This document shows positions 16,077-25,192 of a DNA stretch of 64,000 nt, piece by piece. This DNA comes from Oscillospiraceae bacterium. Its GTDB lineage: Bacteria > Bacillota > Clostridia > Oscillospirales > CAG-272. The notes beneath the pieces are model-generated. The model did no database searches. It was not told the DNA's origin and worked only from the letters and a program-made list of their open reading frames with translations. The position numbers and the translations under genes were made by a program. Location: NCBI GenBank assembly GCA_015063325.1, contig SVUK01000004.1:148665-212664 (forward strand), read 5' to 3'. The first letter of the stretch is position 1. Every line of letters starts with the position of its first letter.

Positions 16077-17948
16077 ATGAACAGACACGACATCATAAAC
16101 AAAATTGGTGCTAAGTACCATGTTGGGAATACTGAAACAGGTGAATTCAGCTACGTTCAAGCATTGAAGTCTGTTGGAAAGGATATTAAGGATTATCAAA
16201 AAGCGACGACTGGAACAAAGCACCAATATTTGGATATTCGTTTTACTAACGATCGTTTGGTAATATTGGTAGAGTGCAAGAGTAAATTCAGCCGTTGGGA
16301 TAAGGCGAAGATACAGGGACAACTTCAAGACTATGTTAGATTTGAAAAAGCATACTCTGATAAAAAGATAGTTGCAATCTTGGCAGAAACCGAAGGCGAC
16401 GATGTTTGGGTTTGGTATGGTCAATCGGTTATTATTGACGACGAGCATAAAGTGTCGACTGAAACCATTATTCGCACTTTTGAAGAGTATGAGAACTTGT
16501 GTTTTGGCAAGGTAAACGATAAAATTAAAATTGTTGATTCTATCAAGCAATTAAACGAAAAATTGCATTCGGATGGTATTAACGAGAAATTGCGCAGTCA
16601 ATTTGTTGGAACGTGCCTTCTTGCATTGAAGAATGGCTTGGTTTATAAAGACATTAAAGCAACAATAGATCCCTCTACGGGCAAGGAGCTTTCTTCTGAA
16701 AAAGTTGTTTTAAAAAACATTAAAGATATTCTCGAAGGTCTGCTAACGAAGAGTGGGACGGTCAATATAAACAAAGCGAGTAAATTGACAATACTTAATA
16801 ATAAAGTTCTCGGCGACCAAGATGTTGAAAGTCTTACTTATGAAGAATTAAAAGAGATTTTAGAATATATCGATATAAATGTCGTTCCGTATATTAACGA
16901 TAAAAGTACTGCAGGGCAAGATTTATTAAATCTCTTCTTTACGACGTTCAATAAATATGTTGGTAAATCTGATAAGAATCAGGCTTTTACTCCTGACCAT
17001 ATTTGCGACTTTATGAGCAAAGCTGTTGGCGTAAACAAGAATTCTCGTGTTTTAGATCCTTGTTGCGGGAGTGGCGCTTTCTTGGTTAGAGCAATGACCG
17101 ATGCAATGGATGATTGCGATACGGAAGATGAAAGAGAAGACGTAAAGAAAGGACAGATTTTTGGCATTGAATATGAAGACGGCGCCTTTGGCTTGTCCTC
17201 TACAAATATGTTGATTCACGGCGATGGAAACTCTAACGTCATACAAGCATCTATGTTTGATAAGGCAAAGTGGATTTCGGATAACAACATTAATGTTGTT
17301 TTGATGAATCCCCCTTACAATGCCACTAAAAAGTGTTGTAATCCCGAATACACAAAGAATTGGAGTGCAAATCAGAAAGAAGACCCCTCTAAAGGCTTGC
17401 ATTTTGTAGAGTTTGTTGCAAGGCATGTTTCAAAACCGTGCAAAATAGCGGTTCTTCTTCCTATGCAGGCAGCTATAGGTAACAGTGGCGAAACAAAAGA
17501 GTTTAAGAAGAAAATGTTGGACAACTATACGCTTGAAGCCGTATTCTCTTTACCTAATGAAATGTTTTATCCCGGAGCGTCGGCGGTAGCGTGTTGTATG
17601 ATATTTGATTTGTCACAAAAACACGAAAGAGCCAACAAAGAAACATTCTTTGGTTATTATAAAGATGATAAATTTATTAAACGAAAAGGACTAGGTCGAG
17701 TTGAGAAAACTGACTCGGAAGGAAATAGTCTTTGGGTAAAAACAGAAGAACTATGGCTTGATCTTTATAGGAACAAAAAGGTTGTTCCCGGATTGTCTGT
17801 TATGCACAAGGTAACGTGGAAAGATGAGTGGCTTGCAGAAGCCTATATGGAAACAGACTATTCCACGCTGACAGAACAAGATTTTCAACAAACCATCAAC
17901 GATTATCTTTCATTTTTAGTAAAGGAAGGAACAGTTTATGAATCTTAA
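16077..17948 (+). CDS. Type IIB (BcgI-like) R-M subunit A: N-terminal PD-(D/E)xK-like domain fused to gamma-class N6-adenine methyltransferase
   Basis: D53-x12-E66-C-K68 (YLDIRFTNDRLVILVECK). Motif X QAFTPDHICDFM (aa 302-313), motif I VLDPCCGSGAF (aa 325-335), motif IV NPPY (aa 411-414). 623 aa. No hsdR gene in the island. Confidence 0.65.
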   Translation: MNRHDIINKIGAKYHVGNTETGEFSYVQALKSVGKDIKDYQKATTGTKHQYLDIRFTNDRLVILVECKSKFSRWDKAKIQGQLQDYVRFEKAYSDKKIVAILAETEGDDVWVWYGQSVIIDDEHKVSTETIIRTFEEYENLCFGKVNDKIKIVDSIKQLNEKLHSDGINEKLRSQFVGTCLLALKNGLVYKDIKATIDPSTGKELSSEKVVLKNIKDILEGLLTKSGTVNINKASKLTILNNKVLGDQDVESLTYEELKEILEYIDINVVPYINDKSTAGQDLLNLFFTTFNKYVGKSDKNQAFTPDHICDFMSKAVGVNKNSRVLDPCCGSGAFLVRAMTDAMDDCDTEDEREDVKKGQIFGIEYEDGAFGLSSTNMLIHGDGNSNVIQASMFDKAKWISDNNINVVLMNPPYNATKKCCNPEYTKNWSANQKEDPSKGLHFVEFVARHVSKPCKIAVLLPMQAAIGNSGETKEFKKKMLDNYTLEAVFSLPNEMFYPGASAVACCMIFDLSQKHERANKETFFGYYKDDKFIKRKGLGRVEKTDSEGNSLWVKTEELWLDLYRNKKVVPGLSVMHKVTWKDEWLAEAYMETDYSTLTEQDFQQTINDYLSFLVKEGTVYES

Positions 17949-18990
17949 CATTAGTGAATGGAAAGAATATCGGTTGGGCGATTTGTTTGAAATCAAAAAG
18001 GGTAAACGTCTAACTTCAGAAGATCAAACGGAAGGAACGACCCCATACATAGGAGCTATCGATTCCAATAATGGTGTATCTAATTATATTGGGCAAACAC
18101 CAATTCATGAAGGTAACACTATTTCTTTAAGTTACAATGGATCAGTTGGGCAGGCCTTCTATCAGCCGATTCCTTTTTGGGCGACTGATGATGTTAATGT
18201 CCTTTATTTCCGCGATAAAACCATATCCTTCAATCGCAACATGGCACTTTTTATCTGTACAATTCTTAAGCAAGAACAATACAGATACTGTTATGGTCGT
18301 AAATGGGTGCTTGATTCTATGAATGAAACGATGGTTAAGCTTCCTACAAAAGGTGATAAACCCGACTGGTCATATATGGAAAAATACATTTCATCTTTGA
18401 AAAGTCAAGCCGTTACATCCACAAAAAAAGTTGGGGATATTTCCTTTGATTACAAAAAGTGGAAATCTTTTAGTTTTGGTAGCTTAATAACAGAGGAAAA
18501 CATTTATAAAGCAAAAGCTTACAGCAAAACAGAGCTTGTAACAAGCGATGTTTGGAAAGAGGGTTTTATTCATTTTGTATCAAGAACGGAAGAAAATAAT
18601 AGTATCGACTGTTATGCAATGAAAAGCGATTTTTCTGATATTGAAGAAGGGAATGCGATTACTGTTGGAGATACCACATCCACTATAGCATATCAAGGCG
18701 AACCCTTTGTAAACGGAGATCACATCATTGTCATTCGAGCAGACTGGTTAAACAAGTATATTGGCATGTTCATTGTGAGTTTGTTGAGAAAAGAACGTTA
18801 TCGTTATTCATATGGTAGAGCATTTCTAATGGATTCTATCAAAAATACAAAATTGCTCCTTCCTGTTAAGATGGAAAATGGTAAACCCATTATTGATGAT
18901 AGTCATACGTTTTCTAATGAAGGCTATTTGCCGGATTGGGAATGGATGGAGAATTATATAAAATCGCTTCCTTTTAGTGATAGAATCTAA
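17938..18990 (+). CDS. R-M specificity subunit (HsdS/BcgIB-like, two target-recognition domains)
   Basis: Two repeated halves, each opening with a W-K-x-x-x-L/F-G-D/S-L element (WKEYRLGDLFEIKKG and WKSFSFGSLITEEN). Overlaps the upstream gene by 11 nt. Confidence 0.8.
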   Translation: MNLNISEWKEYRLGDLFEIKKGKRLTSEDQTEGTTPYIGAIDSNNGVSNYIGQTPIHEGNTISLSYNGSVGQAFYQPIPFWATDDVNVLYFRDKTISFNRNMALFICTILKQEQYRYCYGRKWVLDSMNETMVKLPTKGDKPDWSYMEKYISSLKSQAVTSTKKVGDISFDYKKWKSFSFGSLITEENIYKAKAYSKTELVTSDVWKEGFIHFVSRTEENNSIDCYAMKSDFSDIEEGNAITVGDTTSTIAYQGEPFVNGDHIIVIRADWLNKYIGMFIVSLLRKERYRYSYGRAFLMDSIKNTKLLLPVKMENGKPIIDDSHTFSNEGYLPDWEWMENYIKSLPFSDRI

Positions 18991-19002
18991 CTGGAGATTA
19001 TT

Positions 19003-21003
19003 ATGTATATTCAAAAGATAAGCATCAAAAATTATAGGAACTTCAATAATTTTGAAATGGAATTTCATGAAGGATTGAATGTTATTGTCGGTGCCAACAA
19101 TTCTGGGAAAACCGGATTGTTATATGCAATTAATTCCTTGAAAGAGCCAGCCATTACTATTGATGATTTTAATAAAAACAATTTAATCCATTTTAAGAGC
19201 TTATATATGGAGAATGCTCCCTCCATCGAGATAACATATTTTATTAAGCATTTAATTTCTATTGATGATACAACTGATGAGAGTATTATAAAATTGGTGC
19301 CATTTCTTGGTTTGAAAGAAATAAATGAAACTCGCATTCAAGATGGTGATAATACAAAGTATAATGTAACTGCCGTTATTAAATCAGTTTATTCTTTAGA
19401 TGTTAAATATCTTGAAGAGTATAGAAAAGCGGTTTCATCGCTCAATCAATATGATGATTATCTAATTGTATTAAATAGATTTGTTTCAGAACATTATGAT
19501 TGGAGCTATACAAATGGGGTTAGCGATTCAAAAGCGGCATCCAAAGATGCTCGTAATATTTTTGATATTCGATTTATTGGAGCCGAAAGGACCGCCGAAG
19601 AGGTTTCAAAGGAAGCAAAAAGAGAAATAGATGCTTTTTCAAAAATCGTTGAAAATGCTACTGAATTAGATAAATTTAAGAGCAAAACATCATCTGAACT
19701 CAAAGAATTATTAAGCCCTTCTCTCAATAAATTGAGTACATTATTCGAAAGTGAACAGAATGATATAGGTTTAAAGAAAGGTAATGTTTCAATCAGTTCT
19801 TCTATTAAAGCAAATTTTTCTATACCGGATTCATTTGTAACAGAAGTGAAGGATACAAAAACCGATTATATTGTGCCATTAAATCATAATGGTCTAGGTT
19901 ATAATAATCTAATTAACATATATATGCTTATTCGTCTTAACGAGATAAAAATGGGCAGAGATTTCCGAATTCTTTGTTTGGAAGAGCCGGAAGCGCATTT
20001 GCATCCCGCAATGCAATATAAACTTTTTAAGTATTTAAAGAAATTAGATGCAGATAATGAATTAAAACAGCAAATATTTGTTACTACGCATTCGAGCAAT
20101 ATCTCAGCGGTCGCAGGTTTAGATAATATGTTTATGATGGCTTATAACCGTCAATTGACACCGCAAGATTGTATGAATCAGAGCCTTGCATCGTTGTTCG
20201 TGGATAAAGAAGGTTCAACCGAAAAAAGCGAGGCAAAAAAGCATCTTTCTAAATTTCTAGACGTAACACGGTCTGATATGCTATTTGCAGATAAGGTTAT
20301 TTTAGTAGAAGGAATAGCTGAAAGGCTACTAATGCCTTATTTTATGGAAAAATGCGGATATGCATACGAAGATGAGCACGTATCGATTGTTGAAATAGGT
20401 GGTAAACATTTTGAACATTTTATTGAGTTATTCAATGGAAACGCTTTAAAAAAGAAGGTTTTATGCATCACTGATAATGACTTTAATTGGGTTTGTGAGG
20501 ATAAAACTAAATTTGATTCAAAAGCACACTATGAGGCAAATGTGCCGAGTCATATAGATAAAATCACAAGTAGATTCAATTTCGATGAATTCAAATTATG
20601 CACACAAAAGAATGGTGGTAGGACATTTGAAGATGAGCTGTTCTTGGCAAATTGTGATAACGAAGGAACTGCTGTTTTTCTTTTGAAAACTGTATTGCCC
20701 GAAACATTGTATTCATTTGTTGAAACTTATAAATTAGATATAGATCAATGGCGAAGTCATTTAGAGGAAATAGACGGAAGATCCAAATCTGTAATTAAAA
20801 ATTACTTAACTTATTATACCAATCGTAAGGATCAAGATGATTCGCTATCGAATTGGTATAAAAAATTATTTTTTGCTGAGTTGTTTTTGCATTATGCAAA
20901 TGGAAACAAAGGAGACATTGCTCTTGAGCTTTTAACAAATTTCACGGATAAAGATCTTGTAGTTCCAGCATATATAAGCGAGGGAATAGAATGGTTGAAA
21001 TAA
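19003..21003 (+). CDS. gajA: OLD-family ATPase/Toprim nuclease, Gabija GajA-like
   Basis: Walker A GANNSGKTG, LCLEEPEAHLHP, Toprim VILVEGIAERLLMP and LCITDNDFN. Followed by an overlapping UvrD-type helicase gene, the class 2 OLD arrangement. Confidence 0.75.
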   Translation: MYIQKISIKNYRNFNNFEMEFHEGLNVIVGANNSGKTGLLYAINSLKEPAITIDDFNKNNLIHFKSLYMENAPSIEITYFIKHLISIDDTTDESIIKLVPFLGLKEINETRIQDGDNTKYNVTAVIKSVYSLDVKYLEEYRKAVSSLNQYDDYLIVLNRFVSEHYDWSYTNGVSDSKAASKDARNIFDIRFIGAERTAEEVSKEAKREIDAFSKIVENATELDKFKSKTSSELKELLSPSLNKLSTLFESEQNDIGLKKGNVSISSSIKANFSIPDSFVTEVKDTKTDYIVPLNHNGLGYNNLINIYMLIRLNEIKMGRDFRILCLEEPEAHLHPAMQYKLFKYLKKLDADNELKQQIFVTTHSSNISAVAGLDNMFMMAYNRQLTPQDCMNQSLASLFVDKEGSTEKSEAKKHLSKFLDVTRSDMLFADKVILVEGIAERLLMPYFMEKCGYAYEDEHVSIVEIGGKHFEHFIELFNGNALKKKVLCITDNDFNWVCEDKTKFDSKAHYEANVPSHIDKITSRFNFDEFKLCTQKNGGRTFEDELFLANCDNEGTAVFLLKTVLPETLYSFVETYKLDIDQWRSHLEEIDGRSKSVIKNYLTYYTNRKDQDDSLSNWYKKLFFAELFLHYANGNKGDIALELLTNFTDKDLVVPAYISEGIEWLK

Positions 21004-22892
21004 CTTCAAGCGACATTTTGTCTATAGAGCAGATTAACAAAAACACAAAAGTGTTTGCAGGTCCAGGTGCCGGCAAAACTCATTTTTTAGTGGAGAATAT
21101 TAAAAACATAATAGCTAAAAATGATATTATTGTAAATAGTCACTCTCGCAAACTATTGTGTATTACATATACAAACGCTGCGGTCGATGAAATTAAGAAA
21201 CGATTAGATAGATTCACTGACTATGCGGATATATACACAATCCATGGGTTTATTATTGATAACATTATTAAACCATTTCAAGATGATATGAAACAAATTA
21301 TAAAAAATGATTTCGGGATTGAGGTGAATTCAAAAGGCGCGATTACATCCCAAATAGAGGGACTTGGCATATTACATGGAGTTGATCGCGAGGAAATCTT
21401 TTCATTCATAAAAATGGAGTTGTCTTTGCCTGCAAATGAGCCAATTGCATATAGTAAAAAAATAATGGGTGAGATCGAAGTTGACAATTCATCTTTTATC
21501 AATTCATTAAAGAGTAAAGATAAACCAATTTGCCAAATATGTTCTTCATCAAAAATACAGGAAGAACATGTGCTACCAATAAAAAAGTATATATGGTCAA
21601 TCGTTAAAAAGCTAACGCATAACGAAATACTATACTTCGGTTATAGAATAATTGAACAAAACCCTCTTGCTTTATACTATTTGCGTGTAAAATATCCGTA
21701 TGTATTTGTTGACGAGTTTCAAGATACAAATCCCTTACAGACATTGTTGATTAAAAAAATGTGTCAAGATTCTTCGAAAGTATGGGTTGTTGGAGATGTA
21801 GCGCAATCAATATATAGCTTTCAGGGTGCCAAGCCATCTGATTTTAGTGCATTTAAGATAGATGACGATGATTCAGATTGTTATATTAGAGGCAATAGAC
21901 GATCATCTTCAAATATTGTAAACTTTTGTAATTTCATTAGACAAAAAGATCAAACGGTTATTCAAACCAGTACTAATGGAAGTGTTAACAACAAAAAAAT
22001 TCACTTTTTAATGGGAAAAAGTGATAATACTAACACTACAATTGCTTCTGTTATCAAAGATGGGGGCGTAGTGTTAACTCGAACTTGGGCAACAGCATTT
22101 GATTATATTATTGGAATCGATGATGGTCAAGCAAGTTTGTTAAAGAAAATATATAGTAGTTACTATAACACTACTATAAGCATAAGGGATGAAATAGTCG
22201 AATTAAATAATGTGCTTTGGGTACGAGCATTTAAGTTCATTTTCAATTTGTGGGATAGTTATAAAAATGGATCAGTTGTAGACTTCATTAATGCACTAAA
22301 ACTATATGGGAACGTTCAATATCAAAGCATTGATGTAAACTCGCTATTATTAATTAATTCGCTTTTGCAAAAAGTTTTCCGTGATTGCGAGAGCACTACG
22401 ACTTTTAATGTCATAAATAATTTCAACGAGGAAATGAAAAGCTCTCAATATGATTCACTAAAAAAGATCCTTATAGGCGAATACCATGAGATACAGATTT
22501 TCGATGAACTTGATAAAGAAGACTTAACAGCGGCTATATCTAACTTGAATTGGGAAACTTCGTATAAATTATTTAAGGAAGTGTTTGCAGAAAACAGCAA
22601 ATATTTAACAGTTCATCAAGCAAAGGGATTGGAGTGGAAGAAAATAGTAGTTGGAGTTGTTCCGGGAAGAAATGATAAAACTACGTTAACAAAGTTTTAT
22701 TCTTCACCAGATATAATGGGAGAAGCGCCTGAAAAAGAATTTGCTAGGATTTACTATGTTGCATGTAGTCGTGCGATAGAGGATTTATATATTCATATTC
22801 CTAGTGGATGTGAACGCGAAACTATCGAGAAAAGCTTAAATGATTTTATCTCAAAAACATCCAATAGCATTGACTATGAGTTTATTGAGTAG
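20991..22892 (+). CDS. gajB: UvrD/PcrA/Rep-type SF1 helicase, Gabija GajB-like
   Basis: FAGPGAGKTHFL (motif I), VFVDEFQDTNPLQ (motif II), LTVHQAKGLEWKK, YVACSRA. Overlaps gajA by 13 nt. Confidence 0.75.
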   Translation: MVEITSSDILSIEQINKNTKVFAGPGAGKTHFLVENIKNIIAKNDIIVNSHSRKLLCITYTNAAVDEIKKRLDRFTDYADIYTIHGFIIDNIIKPFQDDMKQIIKNDFGIEVNSKGAITSQIEGLGILHGVDREEIFSFIKMELSLPANEPIAYSKKIMGEIEVDNSSFINSLKSKDKPICQICSSSKIQEEHVLPIKKYIWSIVKKLTHNEILYFGYRIIEQNPLALYYLRVKYPYVFVDEFQDTNPLQTLLIKKMCQDSSKVWVVGDVAQSIYSFQGAKPSDFSAFKIDDDDSDCYIRGNRRSSSNIVNFCNFIRQKDQTVIQTSTNGSVNNKKIHFLMGKSDNTNTTIASVIKDGGVVLTRTWATAFDYIIGIDDGQASLLKKIYSSYYNTTISIRDEIVELNNVLWVRAFKFIFNLWDSYKNGSVVDFINALKLYGNVQYQSIDVNSLLLINSLLQKVFRDCESTTTFNVINNFNEEMKSSQYDSLKKILIGEYHEIQIFDELDKEDLTAAISNLNWETSYKLFKEVFAENSKYLTVHQAKGLEWKKIVVGVVPGRNDKTTLTKFYSSPDIMGEAPEKEFARIYYVACSRAIEDLYIHIPSGCERETIEKSLNDFISKTSNSIDYEFIE

Positions 22893-23091
22893 TAACCTCG
22901 TAATCTAAAATCGGGTTTCCCGATTGTTCCCGCGCGCTACGCTCGGCGTGGCGCGCGCCCTCGAAAGCGCAACCATGTTGCACTTTCCTTTACCTGCTTA
23001 GGCATCGGAGATAGCCAAAATAATGGTGCAAAATACGAGTCGGAAAAATCTTTTTAAATATGACTGAAATTGTCAGGGATAGTACGGTATA

Positions 23092-24132
23092 TTGAGGTTA
23101 TGGGATAAGTTAGCGTATCACTACAACAAAAAGAAAATTCCCGCCGAGAACGCGGGCAAATATCTGTATTATTATCCTTGCGCCGCCGAGAACGCAAACG
23201 CTCGGATTGACGGGCACGGCTTTATCGTCATAGAAGTCACCGAAAAGGAGTGGGAAGCACTGATCGAGTTGGATCGGATCGACTACAACAATGAGCATAA
23301 ATACGTCCGCCACACTATGCCCATCCCCAACGCAGACGAAGACCAACTTACTGTCAAACAACAAGAACAACTGCATTCGGGTGAAACAGATATTTCTACA
23401 GCAACAGCGGAAACATTCGATAAGCGGCAATGCTTTTCAAAACTATCCGACAACGAAAAGCGAATCATTGCTTTGCTTGACGAAGGAAGCACGCAAAAGG
23501 AAGTCGCAAAAGAACTCGGCGTAACGCAAGGTTATGTTTCAATGGTCAAGAAGCAAGCCAAGTTCAATTTGGACTATTCGGAGTATCGTTCCGCGGTCAA
23601 ATCGAACGACGGCGAGTATATCTGGAAATGCTGGGATCAGTTTTCACGGAAACTTGCGATGCCTTTGTTTCTTGACGTCGAATTGGAATACGTTATCAGT
23701 CGTTTGCACCCCGACGACATCGCCCACTTTATGCACTGGTATTACAGTTTCGGTGAGTTCATACGCTATTCGTTGACCTATTACATATACAACGAAGATA
23801 AGATAAAGGACGAAATTACGGAATACTTATATAAAGCGAGCGATCGGGAACTTACTTGGTTTATGAAAAACTATTCCAACCAACCGGCACTCGTTCAAAT
23901 TGTATATATTCGCTTGATTGACGAATTTGAGCGCCGAAGACAAAGCGGACTTAAAAGTTCAAGTAAAGCAATCGACGGGTTACTTACGGCGGTGGAAAAA
24001 CTTGCCGAGAAAGTAAATATGCCGTCCGAGCAATTCTATGCCGAAAGAATTTATCCCATCGTGGCGACGATCCGCAACAAACGCAAAAGGCAATTTTATC
24101 TCTTTTACACCGGCAAAAAACTGACCAAATAA
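23092..24132 (+). CDS. sigma-70 region-4-like HTH protein of the mobile-element backbone
   Basis: LSDNEKRIIALLDEGSTQKEVAKELGVTQGYVSMVKKQA resembles a sigma r4/LuxR-type HTH. TTG start. The rest of the protein is unassigned. Confidence 0.6.
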   Translation: MRLWDKLAYHYNKKKIPAENAGKYLYYYPCAAENANARIDGHGFIVIEVTEKEWEALIELDRIDYNNEHKYVRHTMPIPNADEDQLTVKQQEQLHSGETDISTATAETFDKRQCFSKLSDNEKRIIALLDEGSTQKEVAKELGVTQGYVSMVKKQAKFNLDYSEYRSAVKSNDGEYIWKCWDQFSRKLAMPLFLDVELEYVISRLHPDDIAHFMHWYYSFGEFIRYSLTYYIYNEDKIKDEITEYLYKASDRELTWFMKNYSNQPALVQIVYIRLIDEFERRRQSGLKSSSKAIDGLLTAVEKLAEKVNMPSEQFYAERIYPIVATIRNKRKRQFYLFYTGKKLTK

Positions 24133-24203
24133 ATTTTTTCAAAAATTTTTGAAATCACTAATATTTTCTCCCTTCTCGTGGCTTATAAGTAGAAGGGCGT
24201 ATT

Positions 24204-24238
24204 GAGAACGACGATCGAACAGGTCGCCGTTCTTTTTT
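24204..24238 (+). terminator. rho-independent terminator
   Basis: gaacgacga..gtcgccgttc stem (one mismatch) followed by TTTTTTAT. Confidence 0.55.
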
Positions 24239-24263
24239 ATGCCTTCAAAAAACCAGAAAGGAG

Positions 24264-25049
24264 GTGAAAAATATCAGTTGGAATTATGAAGGTAAAAAGG
24301 ATTTGATTCGGGATAAACACGCAACCATTTCGGTCATTACGTTTCGGAAAGATAAACTGTCCGCACAGGACGGTTATCTCGAAGAAGTCGAACAGACTTA
24401 TTCCGTCGCGTGGCTGAAGCAAAAACGCGCCTGTTTTGAACAAGAATGGGCACGCGTGAAAACCGAACTGAACGCCACGTTTAACAGTCGAGGAAAGAAC
24501 GTTGTATTAGAGTGTTTGCAGTTCGGCGGCAACCACGAGTTTTGGGACGATTTTCCCGACGAATACGAAATTACGACATATTTCAGGAAGTGCTACGCTT
24601 TTGCGATTAAGATTATCGGTTACAAGCAAACTGACAAGAACATTGTCTGCGCGCTTATCGTTACCGAGCCGAACAGGCGTAACCTTTTCGTGTATTACCT
24701 GCCTATAACGAACAGTTGGCAACGGAAAGTATGCGGCGAGAAGCGATCGGAACGCGGAAACATTTTGCAACTACGCGATATAAACGATGAGCCGATATAC
24801 CGAAACGAACAAAGCGATGAACGCCCTCTTTTGTGTCATACGGAATTTTGGAAACAACGCGGCGGCGAAACGTCTTATTCCGAACTGCAAGAGAGATTTT
24901 ACACCGAGATCTCGAAACGGTACGGAGCCGAGCGCGGCGAAAGTCATTCAAGACTGAAATACACGACGAACGAACAGATCCGTCGGCATTTCCGTTATGA
25001 CGGCGACAGTGACGACGTAATGCCGCCGACAAAAGGGATCTGGGTTTAA
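24264..25049 (+). CDS. Mob/Pre (MobV)-family homologue lacking the catalytic histidine motifs
   Basis: Colinear with the island-1 relaxase: KNVVLEC..EFWDDFP..NIVCALIVTEPNRRNLFVYYLPIT aligns with KDAVLMC..EFFSDKFP..NIISAVVHMDETTPHLHLNLIPIS, and LQERFYTEISKRYGAERG aligns with LQTELHERVGKKFGLERG. HxDE..PHxH is replaced. GTG start abuts the RBS, so the start is uncertain. Confidence 0.6.
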   Translation: MKNISWNYEGKKDLIRDKHATISVITFRKDKLSAQDGYLEEVEQTYSVAWLKQKRACFEQEWARVKTELNATFNSRGKNVVLECLQFGGNHEFWDDFPDEYEITTYFRKCYAFAIKIIGYKQTDKNIVCALIVTEPNRRNLFVYYLPITNSWQRKVCGEKRSERGNILQLRDINDEPIYRNEQSDERPLLCHTEFWKQRGGETSYSELQERFYTEISKRYGAERGESHSRLKYTTNEQIRRHFRYDGDSDDVMPPTKGIWV

Positions 25050-25192
25050 CTGACGCCTGTTCCCTTTACTTTTAAGTCAGCAAACATATATATCAAAATA
25101 ACAAGGAGGAAAATTGTGGTTTATGGAGAGAGCACATAGTATCCATCAGGAAAGAGAACATTGTATCCGCACAAATAAAAAATTAAGGAGAA

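Noticed and set aside
19003-21003. Alternative identities for the OLD-type ATPase (PARIS AriA, Septu PtuA, or a replacement for the missing HsdR)
   Set aside because: ATPase and Toprim domains are fused in one polypeptide and the next gene is a UvrD-type helicase, which is the Gabija/class 2 OLD arrangement. PARIS and Septu split these functions differently. An HsdR-substitute role is pure speculation and is mentioned only as a hypothesis.
22909-22987. Three consecutive stem-loops after gajB (aatcggg/cccgatt, a GCGCGC-rich hairpin, gaaagcgcaac/gttgcactttc)
   Set aside because: They are most simply read as operon terminators or the boundary between AT-rich cargo and the GC-richer backbone. 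I found no evidence for a distinct RNA gene.
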